Positions 49,153 through 59,322 of a DNA stretch of 64,000 bases are shown one piece after another. How positions within the stretch are numbered: position 1 is the first letter of the stretch; every line of letters starts with the position of its first letter. The notes under the pieces were generated by a model. It saw nothing but the letters and a program-made list of their open reading frames with translations. It did no database searches and was not told the origin of the DNA. This DNA comes from Myxococcota bacterium (lineage in GTDB: Bacteria; Myxococcota; SpSt-1050): NCBI GenBank assembly GCA_049969675.1, contig JBMFOP010000001.1, positions 47,738-111,737 of the forward strand, in the 5' to 3' direction. The position numbers were made by a program, and so were the translations under genes.

Positions 49153-50304
49153 TTACCTCTCTTTTATCAGGTTTTCTGAGGAGAGATTCCAATGGAGCTC
49201 CCTTCTCAGTCTCTCAAGTATCTCCTCTGAGCCCTTAAGATATCTTCTTATCCCTTCACCATCAGGTCCCCAGAGTTCTTCAAGCAACACCGCACCTTCA
49301 TGAAGTGGAGATATGTACGGGAATGGGAGATTGGCACCTTCACTCTGAAGTTTAGCGAGCAGATATGCCAGCTCAGATATATCTCTCAATCTGGGTCCTA
49401 AAATCTCCTTAATACGGGCCAATGGAAAATCAAATGGTATCGTCACAAATTTTACATCACCAGTTGATGTGGATGCTGGCGGCATTCTAATTGTTCTGGA
49501 CCTCAAAATTGGCAGAAAACCATACTTGCTCTTGACCACTATCTCAACCACAAAGTCTTTTTCTGGTGCATCTACAAATGCATACCAGTTTCGCGTTCCA
49601 TATGGAATCTCATATAAAAGGTATCTATTGGCATTTCCACCGTCGTAGATAATATCTGTTACATCGTTAATTTTTATATAAAGCTTATTGTCCACACTCT
49701 GAGTCAGGTAATGCCTTATTGTATCTCTTGCGAGGTCCCAGTAACAGAATATCCATTCAGGGTCTCTTGCTACCACAAAGATTGTATCTACCTCATATGA
49801 TTCGGGAAGTGTACCGAGTGCCTCCTCAATAAACTTCCTCCTTGACATATCGCCCATATCATATTTGGAGGGCTCCACATCCCCGGTCCCGTGAACTGGC
49901 TTTTCGGATACCTGCTCAAGAACTATACGGGCCTCCGGCTCCTTTTTGAATTTCTCTCTTAGAATCGGGGATTTCTTTATAACAGAGACGCTCTTCTTTA
50001 TACCTTTTGAGACAGACTTTACTTTTTGTGCAACCTTTTTAGTCTCTTCAAGTCTTTCTCTTGCAATCTTCTTTGTCTTTTCAATACTCTCTTTTGCAAC
50101 CTGTCTGGATTCCTCTACCTTCTTTCTCGTAACCTTTTGCGCCTCTTCTGCCTTTGAGGAGATCCCGGCTATAATTTTTGCAAGCTGCAGACGGGTCATA
50201 TTCTTCGTGACCTCTGCCTTTAGCTTCTGTGCAAGCTTTAAGAGCTCCTCCTTGGACTTTTTTAATAAATCATTCTTTGCATCGCTGGTCTTCTTACGAG
50301 GCAT
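49153..50304 (-). CDS. DUF4912 domain protein with basic Rho_N-like N-terminus
   Basis: LPESY, RDPEW.FCYWD, DVTDI, NWY, SSE C-terminus; typical neighbour of DUF1957. Confidence 0.9.
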   Translation of the reverse strand: MPRKKTSDAKNDLLKKSKEELLKLAQKLKAEVTKNMTRLQLAKIIAGISSKAEEAQKVTRKKVEESRQVAKESIEKTKKIARERLEETKKVAQKVKSVSKGIKKSVSVIKKSPILREKFKKEPEARIVLEQVSEKPVHGTGDVEPSKYDMGDMSRRKFIEEALGTLPESYEVDTIFVVARDPEWIFCYWDLARDTIRHYLTQSVDNKLYIKINDVTDIIYDGGNANRYLLYEIPYGTRNWYAFVDAPEKDFVVEIVVKSKYGFLPILRSRTIRMPPASTSTGDVKFVTIPFDFPLARIKEILGPRLRDISELAYLLAKLQSEGANLPFPYISPLHEGAVLLEELWGPDGEGIRRYLKGSEEILERLRRELHWNLSSENLIKER

Positions 50305-50330
50305 CACAGACCTCCTTAATTGAGGCTGAA

Positions 50331-50359
50331 ATATTAAGCCCTGAATAATAAAGAGTCAA
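50331..50359 (-). promoter_or_regulatory. sigma70 promoter of the DUF4912-GH57-tsaD operon
   Basis: Minus strand TTGACT-17 nt-TAATAT. Confidence 0.55.
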
Positions 50360-50368
50360 CTCAAAAAT

Positions 50369-50746
50369 TCAGGCGGGGATATCGTCCTTATTCTCTTCTC
50401 TTATGAGGGCGAGGATTGAATGATGCGGAACAATTAGATATTTCTTCCCCTGAAAATCTATCTCCACAGAAGAGTCCCTGACAAATATAGCGTGATCCCC
50501 TTCCTGTGCCTGAAGAGGGATATATTTAACATCCTTAAGCTTTGCGCCACTCGAGAATTCATATATTGAGCCGGGGTCATACACCGCATACCCGGGACCC
50601 GTCTTTATTACCTTTCCAGATAAGACCTTCTCTTTCTCCTTGACTGTAGGGGGTAGATATAAGCCACCATCGGTCTTCATATTCTCCACGTCTGGTTCAA
50701 TCAGGACCTTATCTCCTACTACAATAATATTTCTCTTCACATCCAT
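50369..50746 (-). CDS. GroES-family co-chaperonin (stand-alone paralog)
   Basis: GDKVLI, T.GGLYLP, G.V.K.GPG, GD..IF, G.KYLIV....ILA. Confidence 0.85.
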   Translation of the reverse strand: MDVKRNIIVVGDKVLIEPDVENMKTDGGLYLPPTVKEKEKVLSGKVIKTGPGYAVYDPGSIYEFSSGAKLKDVKYIPLQAQEGDHAIFVRDSSVEIDFQGKKYLIVPHHSILALIREENKDDIPA

Positions 50747-50809
50747 AGCTTTAAAATACAGAGAGTTTTAGAAATTGCAATAAGAATTTATTTAGCAATC
50801 ATTTCTTAA

Positions 50810-51119
50810 CCAAAGCCGTTTGTTTTGGGACAAATAGACATATTCTTATGGGTGCAGAGGAGGTCTCCGAATATTATTACGATGAGGCAAAGAATGTACT
50901 GAGTCTAAAACTCAAACCTGCACAATCATTAAATCCATATACAAAGTTTGAGCACAGATTCTATTTTATGTCCCAGAGGGGTATAGTGTTGAACGACTGG
51001 ATATTGCAGGGGATAAAGTCCTGCTGGATTATAATCAGAATGATGAACTTCTTCTTGCAAAAGCAACTCCTCAGAAGTCTACCGAGATTACATTAAAGGT
51101 CTATTTTATAAAAAAGTAG
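50810..51119 (+). pseudogene. Frameshifted C-terminal remnant of a glycoside hydrolase (alpha-galactosidase-like)
   Basis: KPFVL/GTNRHILMGAEEV...HRFYF/YVPEGY...VYFIKK* joined across two frameshifts; no 5' part. Confidence 0.45.
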
Positions 51120-51265
51120 AGGAGTGTTGTAGAAAATTCTTAAAAAATATTGAGTTCATTTTAAAAATTCAATATCTTTGAGGCCTCCATTAAAATTTAT
51201 TCTGCATATATGTGATTTGTCTTTTTAGAACATATTTGATATACCTATCTCACAGAGGAGTTTTT

Positions 51266-52768
51266 ATGAAGTATATTATTGTATCAGATTTGCATCTCTC
51301 AACTGAGGAACTTCTGGACGATTTCTATTCTGATGAAGAGTTCTCACAGATGCTCTCTCTCATTACAAAAGAAGAACCCACCACATTGATACTCAATGGT
51401 GATACAATAGATTTTTTACAATCCAGCCCTGAAGAGATAAAAGATACAATAAGTCCACCAGATTTACTATACAGCACCCCGGAATCTGCGGCGATGATTT
51501 TAAGGCGAGTATATCAGAGGCATAAATTATTCTTTGAGGCCCTGACAGACTTCTTGAAAAAGCCAGAAAATCGCCTGATAGTACTCAAGGGGAATCACGA
51601 CGCCGAATTTGCCTATGAATCTGTCAGGAATCTTTTTTGTGAAATTATAGGTTTGGAGTACAAAGATAGGATCCTATTCCCCGAATATGGATATTACATT
51701 GAGGAGAAAGGTGTCTATGTAGAACATGGCAATCAGTACGACAAACTCAACTCATTTTCAAACTTTCAATCCCCATTTGCCGATTCAAAGCGAAGACATA
51801 TTGAACTCCCATTCGGCTCCATACTCGTCAAGGTCCTCTGGAATAGATTGGAAAAGTCATTTCCCTTTATTGATAAAATAAGACCTATGACGGCATCTAT
51901 CAGTCTTGCCATCGCCCAGCGCCCGCTCTTCTGGGCTTTTAGATTTGATTACTTCCTTGATATGTTCTTTCATATGGCAAAGAGGGATTTCTCCCTCTCC
52001 ACGGTAATCAGGAAATCGCTTGATGAGAGTAGACTCACAAAGCCAGAGAGGATATCTGCCTCTCTAACAAATCTTCTGCACTTTGGTGGAACCACACTGC
52101 TAACAGTCCTATTTATGATATCATACTTCTTCATAAAAGGTCTCTTCTTTCTGGATGTAAGCAAGAAATCCAGTGTAAATTCAGCACTCAACTTTACAAT
52201 TAATTCTTTTATGGATTTCTTAATCATTATTGGTATTGCTGTTATGTTTTATATTGTTGCAAAGATATTTTTTAGATTCCTCGGTAAGAAAATGGCAATA
52301 GCATATCCAATAAGTATCATCTACAGGGTCTTAATCGGGGCATCCTTCGGATTTATACTCTTCGGATTTATCAAATTCTTCTGGATCCCGATTTTAATCA
52401 TTCTAATTATAGCCCTCATAATTGATATACACAAATCTATTACAAAAGAGATCTCAAATCAACCAGAGGAGATTGAGAAGCCATTTGAAGAGGAGATTAT
52501 AGCGGCGAGAAAGATTCTAAAAATCCCTGAACTCAAATTTGTGATCCTTGGACATACACACCTCCCCCGATTCCTGATGGTAGATGAACTCAAATATCTG
52601 ATAAATAGCGGAACCTGGATTTACAATCTGGACCTTTATTCGCTTGAAAATAGAAACTTTATGCAGACCTTTGTCATTATTGATAAAGATGAAGTCTCTC
52701 TCAATGTATTTTATGGTCTAAAAGGCTACGCAACCTTAAAGTCCACCTCAATTAAGAGAGAGATTTAA
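51266..52768 (+). CDS. Metallophosphoesterase with inserted transmembrane block
   Basis: SDLH, NGD, GNHD, EHG and GHTH motifs; about 4 TM helices between EHG and GHTH. Confidence 0.85.
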   Translation: MKYIIVSDLHLSTEELLDDFYSDEEFSQMLSLITKEEPTTLILNGDTIDFLQSSPEEIKDTISPPDLLYSTPESAAMILRRVYQRHKLFFEALTDFLKKPENRLIVLKGNHDAEFAYESVRNLFCEIIGLEYKDRILFPEYGYYIEEKGVYVEHGNQYDKLNSFSNFQSPFADSKRRHIELPFGSILVKVLWNRLEKSFPFIDKIRPMTASISLAIAQRPLFWAFRFDYFLDMFFHMAKRDFSLSTVIRKSLDESRLTKPERISASLTNLLHFGGTTLLTVLFMISYFFIKGLFFLDVSKKSSVNSALNFTINSFMDFLIIIGIAVMFYIVAKIFFRFLGKKMAIAYPISIIYRVLIGASFGFILFGFIKFFWIPILIILIIALIIDIHKSITKEISNQPEEIEKPFEEEIIAARKILKIPELKFVILGHTHLPRFLMVDELKYLINSGTWIYNLDLYSLENRNFMQTFVIIDKDEVSLNVFYGLKGYATLKSTSIKREI

Positions 52769-53675
52769 AATATTCTACCGTCTGAATAAGACCTTCTTTA
52801 AGAGGGGTCAGCCCGTTTATCCCCAATATAGTCTTTAAAAGGCCATTGGATATAACGGACCTTCTCTGCTCTCCGAGTCTTGCAGGTGCATATATCGGCT
52901 CAAGAGAGGCTCCTGTTATCTCATTTAAGAGAGAGTAAATTGTATTTACATCAGTCTCAATACCTGTTCCAACATTGATAGCTCCATTATAATCTGACAG
53001 AGTCGCCGCCATATTAGCCCTTACGACATCCACCACAAAGACATAATCACGAGTCTGTCTTCCATCTCCATAGATAGTGCACCTTTGACGGGCAAGCAGT
53101 CTATTAGTAAATATTGCCACCACTCCAGCCTCACCGAGAGGGTCCTGACGCGGTCCATAGATATTTGCGTATCTAAGTGCTATATACGGAAGCCCAAATA
53201 TACGATTGTAATAGCTGAGATACTTCTCAGAGGTCAGTTTACATATCCCATAAGGACTTTCTGGATTTTGAGGATGAGATTCATCAGCAGGAAAGTATGT
53301 CTGCTCACCGTAAGAGGCACCTCCGGAGGAGGCAAAGATAAATTTCTTAATACCAATATCCCTGACAGCCTGAAGTAGATTGAGAATTCCTAATATATTC
53401 ACCTCTGCATCAAATTGAGGGTCTTCTACAGATTTTCTCACATCAATCTGAGCGGCATGATGATTGACTATCTCGGGCCTAAAATCCTTCACCACTTTTA
53501 AGACTGTGTCAAAATCCCTTATATCTGCCTTTATAAATTTTGCCTTTTTATTTATATTCTTCTCTTTTCCAGTTGTAAGATTATCCAGAATAATTACATC
53601 AAACCCTCTTTCAATATAGGCATCGGCTACATTTGAACCTATAAACCCCGCCCCACCGGTGAGAAGTACCTTCAT
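52752..53675 (-). CDS. NAD-dependent nucleotide-sugar epimerase/dehydratase (UDP-glucose 4-epimerase-like)
   Basis: GGAGFIGS, HHAAQ, SSGG, YGICK (YxxxK), RY.N.YGPRQ. Confidence 0.93.
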   Translation of the reverse strand: MKVLLTGGAGFIGSNVADAYIERGFDVIILDNLTTGKEKNINKKAKFIKADIRDFDTVLKVVKDFRPEIVNHHAAQIDVRKSVEDPQFDAEVNILGILNLLQAVRDIGIKKFIFASSGGASYGEQTYFPADESHPQNPESPYGICKLTSEKYLSYYNRIFGLPYIALRYANIYGPRQDPLGEAGVVAIFTNRLLARQRCTIYGDGRQTRDYVFVVDVVRANMAATLSDYNGAINVGTGIETDVNTIYSLLNEITGASLEPIYAPARLGEQRRSVISNGLLKTILGINGLTPLKEGLIQTVEYFKSLS

Positions 53676-53677
53676 TA

Positions 53678-53866
53678 TTACTTTCCAATCTGACCGGGAA
53701 GATTGATCTGCTCTGCCAATTTATCCTTATTTGCATCTAAAACGAGGTCAATCCCCTGTCTTATATATACCGCAATCGGCACATTCGTCTTCTGATGTAA
53801 AAGTTCAAGTTTTCTCTTCTGCTCCTCTGTTATATACACCGTCGTTGAAATTTTTTTCTTTGCCAT
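53678..53866 (-). CDS. Ribbon-helix-helix DNA-binding protein
   Basis: KKISTTVYIT.EQ...L..L...T.VP.AVYIRQGIDLVL; AGGAG RBS. Confidence 0.85.
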   Translation of the reverse strand: MAKKKISTTVYITEEQKRKLELLHQKTNVPIAVYIRQGIDLVLDANKDKLAEQINLPGQIGK

Positions 53867-53889
53867 AATATTCACTCCTGAAATAATTT

Positions 53890-53916
53890 AGTTATGTTGC
53901 CATATATAACATAACT
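53890..53916. promoter_or_regulatory. Palindromic putative operator upstream of the RHH gene
   Basis: AGTTATGTT-9 nt-AACATAACT perfect inverted repeat. Confidence 0.55.
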
Positions 53917-54392
53917 TATAGTGTAAATAATATACAATCTTTTTATAATATCAAGTAAAATCTTCCATTCTCATACAAAAACTCCATTGACTGATAGATA
54001 GTGGGAGGCGGTATCTGGCACCCTATGTGCTAACACCTTGATTTTATTAGATATTTTGTGGGTTCTATTAAACAGACCGATATTTTATACTCCACATCAA
54101 TTACCCCAACTAATTATTGAAAGTGGAACCTAAACTGAGCGATTATTTTTTTGTAAACTCATTATATGTCAATGCACTGTTTAACCATAAAAACATTTTG
54201 TTGAACCAGAAGGTCCTTCAATATGAGGATATATATCAATACCTCTGATAAACCCAACAAGGATCTCAATCCTCCCATAGCAGTGAATGTCTCATTAATA
54301 TCCTCAACAGAATCAATTTGTTGTTGGAAAATCTCTCTATAGAGGCATCAAATTGCTCTATGACAAATATAAAAATCACTTTAATGGATAAA

Positions 54393-54872
54393 TTAAGATA
54401 CTCTGCTGAAAACAAAGATGTTTAATAACGACAACAGAATTGCAGAGTAGATGGCTGCAAAAATATCATCCAGTAGAACAAATAGAGGGCTCTTAATCCT
54501 GTTTGCCCAATTTGCGGGGAAGGGTTTTAGTATATCAAAAAACCTGAACAGAATAAAACCGCTCAAGATGTTTATTAAATTGATGTTCAAAAAATAGAGC
54601 GGGATGTATGTAATAAAGATGCCAATAATCTCATCAATTACTATCTTTGGTGAATCCACATCATTATAATATATACCTGTAAATCTTGATGCCCATATAC
54701 CTATAAAGAAGATTACCAGAATAGTTAACAGGTAAATAAAGAAATTTAAATTTGATAATCCAAGGAATAGGAAAACTGCCAGAACTGAGCCGGCAGTGCC
54801 GGGTGCAACCGGAGAGAACCCGGAGCCAAATCCAGTTGCAAATATCAGAGCCATTCTATCCGTTAGTTTCAT
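54393..54872 (-). CDS. pgpA: Phosphatidylglycerophosphatase A
   Basis: G.G.SP.APGT.GS, D...IVIDE..G, FR.FDI.KP.P, LDD..A. Confidence 0.95.
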   Translation of the reverse strand: MKLTDRMALIFATGFGSGFSPVAPGTAGSVLAVFLFLGLSNLNFFIYLLTILVIFFIGIWASRFTGIYYNDVDSPKIVIDEIIGIFITYIPLYFLNINLINILSGFILFRFFDILKPFPANWANRIKSPLFVLLDDIFAAIYSAILLSLLNIFVFSRVS

Positions 54873-57331
54873 CTCTTTGCCCTACTTTCAAAGAGAAAAA
54901 TTAGAGCAGGGAGTGTGATCAGTGCATTAAAGATGCAGGTGAGTTCTCCTATCAATGCAATCTTTCCAAAGCCTCTTAGTGCCAGAGAATCACCAGTGAG
55001 AAGTACACCATAACCTATCTGAGTGGTGAGGGAACAGAGCAGGACAGCTACCCCAACTCTTGAAATCACCTTCTCAATACTGCCAATCCCCTCCTGTCTA
55101 TACCTCTGAACAATATTAAAGGCATAGTCCACACCGACACCGAATGTCATCGGGAGAACCACAAAATTAAAGAAGTTGAGTTTTAAGTCAAATAATGCAA
55201 CCAATCCCAGCATCCAGATTACACCAACGAAGAGTGCTGATGAGACAAATAGAAAGTATCTCATTGACCGCAACAGGATGAAAATAAATATCAATATAGT
55301 TAGAAGTGAAAGAATGGTTGTTATAGGTCCATCCTTCTCTATCAATCGCAGCAGGTCTGCAAACACAATCGCGTCTCCACTGGAGGTTACCACCTTCCCA
55401 TTTTCAAGTGTAATCTCTCTGATGGTATCTGTAAAACGAAAGAGATTTACCGCATTCCATAGATCCTTTCCGGCGGCTGGGGTTACATAGACAAATTTAC
55501 CAATATTACCCTGCTTATCTGTAAATTGTCTCTTTATCTTTTCTGGCAGATTCTCAATCTCCACCCTTTCAGGATTGAGATATTTCTTAAAATTGAGAAC
55601 CTTCTTCTTATCTTCTTCACCCAACAGATTAATTGTATCTTCCTTTAATAGTTTTCTTATGTCTTTAATGACATTCAGCTTCTCATCCTGCTCTTCTGGT
55701 ATATATGATAGGATTGATTTGCAGTCATTTATTCCAGCATTTTCGCCATGCTCTCTCTTCTTTTTATACAGGGCATCACAGATCATCTTCCCCTCCTGAA
55801 CAGACTCCGAGAGTATGACAGATGGAGTAAGGGATGTGCCCATAATCTTGCTCACTCTATGGTCAAGTACTGCTGTACCTGATTCAAGTGATGATTTGGT
55901 CCTGAGGTTGGACATATCATATTCAAGGAAATTAGGGATAAATCTTATTATAAGTATAACCGAGATGATTGACAGGATAAAACATACCACTATAAGCGGC
56001 ACCCTGAGGCGATATATTGTCTTATAGAATGGCAATCTCTTCTCCATTAAAAATATCTCACCAGCCTTCTTTGAAGGAAACCTCTCTTCAATCAAAATCA
56101 GCATCGCCGCAAGGAATGTGTATGATAACAGCCACGCAAAGAATATCCCGATAAGCCCGATAAACCCAAACTGTGTAAATGACTTTACCTCTGCAAAGAG
56201 GAATATGCCAAAGGCTATCGCGGTAGTACCTGATGCACCAATAGTTCCAATCATAGTCCCTGTAATGGCATTTCTCAAAGCCTCCTGAATATCCTTTCCG
56301 AGTCTCCTCTCCTCATAAAAACGTGCGAGCATTATTATGCCGTAGTTTATGCCGGTTCCTGCAATAATTGCACCCATAAATGCGGTAACAGTATTTACAT
56401 AGCCGATAACAAAATAGGTAATAGCAAATGTAATCAGAACTGCGACTGTGATATTCAGCCCTAAAAGAAAGACTGATATCAGATTTCTAAAGAAGATAAA
56501 GATTATTAACCCAATCAGAGTCAGGCATAAAAGGGCGGTACCAAAGATATCTTTTTTGAGTGTCTCGTACTCCTCAAGGCTTATCTTATAAGAACCGGTA
56601 AAGGCGAATTTGAGATCCTTATGATATTCTGATGGATTAAGCGAATTTATATCCTCCTCAAGCTGTGTCAGAAGCCTCTTTGATTCCTTCATATCCATTG
56701 ACTTCCCTGTGGGCTTCGCAATAATCGCCAGGAGTCTCCCCTCTTCACCTGTATAATATCCATCTATATATTTTTTGTATGAATCGGTCTTTCTGCTATA
56801 TTTTTCCTCTATATCATCAAAAGAGATTCTGGCATCCTTCTCAAGGGCGCCAGAGATATCTACAAATAGAGGATTATTCTTCATCTTGATGGCATTAACC
56901 TTTCTCTCTAACCTGTCTGATATATCTTCAAGCTCATCCAGACTCATATATAGAGCGGCATTCTTCTCATAAAATTCCCTGATGTCATCAACTTTATAGT
57001 CTATGTATCTAAAATTATCTCTGTATTTTTCATTCAATATCTTAACTACATCCTCTGCAAATCTCTCCGATGCCTTCACATCCGGCGATTCAATAGCAAT
57101 AAAGAGATTACCTGTACCACCCACCCTCTCAATAATCTTTTTTAAATCTGTGACCGACCTGAAATGCTGCGGGAGCAGGTCAACAAAATCACTCACCAAT
57201 CTGAGTCTGGAAGTATAATAAATTGAGATACCAGTTATAATAATAAAAAGCAAGACTACATAAGTCGCCCTTTTATAGATAAAGTCGCTATAAAGGTTAA
57301 GTTTTTCTGTGATATAGTTAAAAAGCTTCAT
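54869..57331 (-). CDS. MMPL/RND family transporter
   Basis: Duplicated 1+5 TM architecture, G.GINYG and G.GVDY motifs, large periplasmic loops. Confidence 0.9.
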   Translation of the reverse strand: MKLFNYITEKLNLYSDFIYKRATYVVLLFIIITGISIYYTSRLRLVSDFVDLLPQHFRSVTDLKKIIERVGGTGNLFIAIESPDVKASERFAEDVVKILNEKYRDNFRYIDYKVDDIREFYEKNAALYMSLDELEDISDRLERKVNAIKMKNNPLFVDISGALEKDARISFDDIEEKYSRKTDSYKKYIDGYYTGEEGRLLAIIAKPTGKSMDMKESKRLLTQLEEDINSLNPSEYHKDLKFAFTGSYKISLEEYETLKKDIFGTALLCLTLIGLIIFIFFRNLISVFLLGLNITVAVLITFAITYFVIGYVNTVTAFMGAIIAGTGINYGIIMLARFYEERRLGKDIQEALRNAITGTMIGTIGASGTTAIAFGIFLFAEVKSFTQFGFIGLIGIFFAWLLSYTFLAAMLILIEERFPSKKAGEIFLMEKRLPFYKTIYRLRVPLIVVCFILSIISVILIIRFIPNFLEYDMSNLRTKSSLESGTAVLDHRVSKIMGTSLTPSVILSESVQEGKMICDALYKKKREHGENAGINDCKSILSYIPEEQDEKLNVIKDIRKLLKEDTINLLGEEDKKKVLNFKKYLNPERVEIENLPEKIKRQFTDKQGNIGKFVYVTPAAGKDLWNAVNLFRFTDTIREITLENGKVVTSSGDAIVFADLLRLIEKDGPITTILSLLTILIFIFILLRSMRYFLFVSSALFVGVIWMLGLVALFDLKLNFFNFVVLPMTFGVGVDYAFNIVQRYRQEGIGSIEKVISRVGVAVLLCSLTTQIGYGVLLTGDSLALRGFGKIALIGELTCIFNALITLPALIFLFESRAKR

Positions 57332-57350
57332 TAATATGCCCCTTTCTAAG

Positions 57351-59300
57351 TCATTTCATTGAACGGAGCCTCTCATCTGCAATTCTGTAGATATCTGATG
57401 ATGGAAGGGTGATTGCCTTTATATAATTTAGCTTTTTCTTTGCCTGCACTTCATCTCCCTTTGTGAGGACAAGGTTTTCATATTCCTCCTGCGCGATTCT
57501 CTCAAGTTTGTTAAAAGCCTTCAGGACATCCGGGTGTTTGGGATTCACTCTGTATGCAGACAAGAAGCTATTAAAAGCCTCCTCATAAAGACCCTTGTCA
57601 AAGTTCTGATACCCCAATTTGAGATATACTTCAATGAGCTGCCTCTCAATATCCTCTCTAAATGCAGATGGCGGATCCGATGGGACAATCTTTGTATCGT
57701 TCTCAAGTACCTCCTTAAAGGCACTGTCTGCCTGCTTTACATCCCCCTGAAGCATTGCGCTCTGTCCCTCTCTATATTTACCTTTGATCTTGAAGATCCT
57801 GAGTTGAATCTCCTCAATCATAGCCTTCTGCTTCTGATACTCCTTCTTCTTTAAGAGCTTTGAGAGCTCCAGAAGGGCGTTATCTGGTTTGCCGATATAA
57901 TAATAGACCACCGCCTTTGTTATCTCTTCATCATTGTAAATTGGAAATATTATTGTATATGGGTCATTCTTAAGTGCACCCGATTGAGAACTCTTATCAA
58001 CAAATTGAGAGAGGTCTATTGGGGTAAATTTTATCTTCTTCTGTTTCATTATCTTCTCAAGTTCGCGCTTCTCACTGATAAGGTCGGATGAGGTCGGATT
58101 GATCTTTGCAACTTTCGGGATTAAGTCATACGCCTCCTTATACCTCCTCTGCCTCCTGAGTTTGAGCATGTCTGATAACATCATACTGAATAGCTTTGAA
58201 TTGATGTCTTTGAGCCTCTGGGAGGCACTCTCAAAGAAGATAGAATCAGATGGGATCTTACCGAGGATCTCCTTTGCCTCATCAATCCTCCCTATTGAAT
58301 ACTTCATATCTCCCGACTCAAGCATCTCCTTATACTTAAATTCATTCTCAATCTTTGCCTTGAGCTTCAATCCATCATCATTTATGGGGTCCAGGTCCAG
58401 AAGCTCTGTCAAATATATCTTTGCGCCCTTGAGGTCTCCCTTCTCAATATTCTGCCTGACCTTATTTGCAAGTTCGGATATCTTTGTATCTACACTCTGA
58501 GATTTTGAATTCTGATCTACTTTTAAGCCCTGCTCTATCATCCTCTTCTGCTCTGCCCTCTTTTTAAGTGAACCAGCCACAACGAGGATAAAGAGTAGAC
58601 TGAAGACGGAGATGAGCACAATTATCATATTCTTTGAGAATTTTAATCCGCCTAACTTTTTATCCCCTTTCAAATTGGTTTTGGGTGATAGTGTATCAAC
58701 AAATTCAAACTCTACATCCCCAAACCTTACAATATTTCCATTCTGTAAAATTGCATCCTTTATTCTCTTCCCGTCAACAAATGTCCCATTTGAAGATTCA
58801 AGGTCCGAAATCTTTACAATCTCCTGACTCATATCTATCTTGATAACGGAGTGCCTTCTGGAGACTGAATTGTGAGTAATTACAATATGATTTTCATCCA
58901 CCCGCCCAACGAATATCTCATCCTCCTCAAGCGGGATGACCTCCCCTCTGAATGGTGGTGTGAGTCCCTTAAGGTAGAATCTCGCTGGCTTCTCCTCACT
59001 CTCTTCCTCATCGGAATAGATAACATTTAATGTAAACTCACCAATGTGAATCGGCTCTCCGGGCTTTACGAGCGCCGCCTCATTAATCCTCCTGCCCTGC
59101 ACAAATATCCCATTTGAAGAACCGAGGTCTTCAATAAAGACCTGAGAATCCCACATATAGATTCTTGCATGTCTTCTCGAGACCGCCGGCGAAGTTAGAA
59201 TCACATCATTATCAGAATCGCGTCCTATAAGTAATTCACCCTTTGAGAGCGAAAACTTCTTGTTGCTTCCATCGGGATATGTAACCAGCAATTCTTCCAT
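57351..59300 (-). CDS. Two-FHA-domain membrane protein with TPR region (KilD-like)
   Basis: Two GR...VSRRH...D.(G/E)SSNG.F FHA motifs, one TM helix, TPR repeats. Confidence 0.85.
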   Translation of the reverse strand: MEELLVTYPDGSNKKFSLSKGELLIGRDSDNDVILTSPAVSRRHARIYMWDSQVFIEDLGSSNGIFVQGRRINEAALVKPGEPIHIGEFTLNVIYSDEEESEEKPARFYLKGLTPPFRGEVIPLEEDEIFVGRVDENHIVITHNSVSRRHSVIKIDMSQEIVKISDLESSNGTFVDGKRIKDAILQNGNIVRFGDVEFEFVDTLSPKTNLKGDKKLGGLKFSKNMIIVLISVFSLLFILVVAGSLKKRAEQKRMIEQGLKVDQNSKSQSVDTKISELANKVRQNIEKGDLKGAKIYLTELLDLDPINDDGLKLKAKIENEFKYKEMLESGDMKYSIGRIDEAKEILGKIPSDSIFFESASQRLKDINSKLFSMMLSDMLKLRRQRRYKEAYDLIPKVAKINPTSSDLISEKRELEKIMKQKKIKFTPIDLSQFVDKSSQSGALKNDPYTIIFPIYNDEEITKAVVYYYIGKPDNALLELSKLLKKKEYQKQKAMIEEIQLRIFKIKGKYREGQSAMLQGDVKQADSAFKEVLENDTKIVPSDPPSAFREDIERQLIEVYLKLGYQNFDKGLYEEAFNSFLSAYRVNPKHPDVLKAFNKLERIAQEEYENLVLTKGDEVQAKKKLNYIKAITLPSSDIYRIADERLRSMK

Positions 59301-59322
59301 AAACTTTCCTCTGATATATCAA

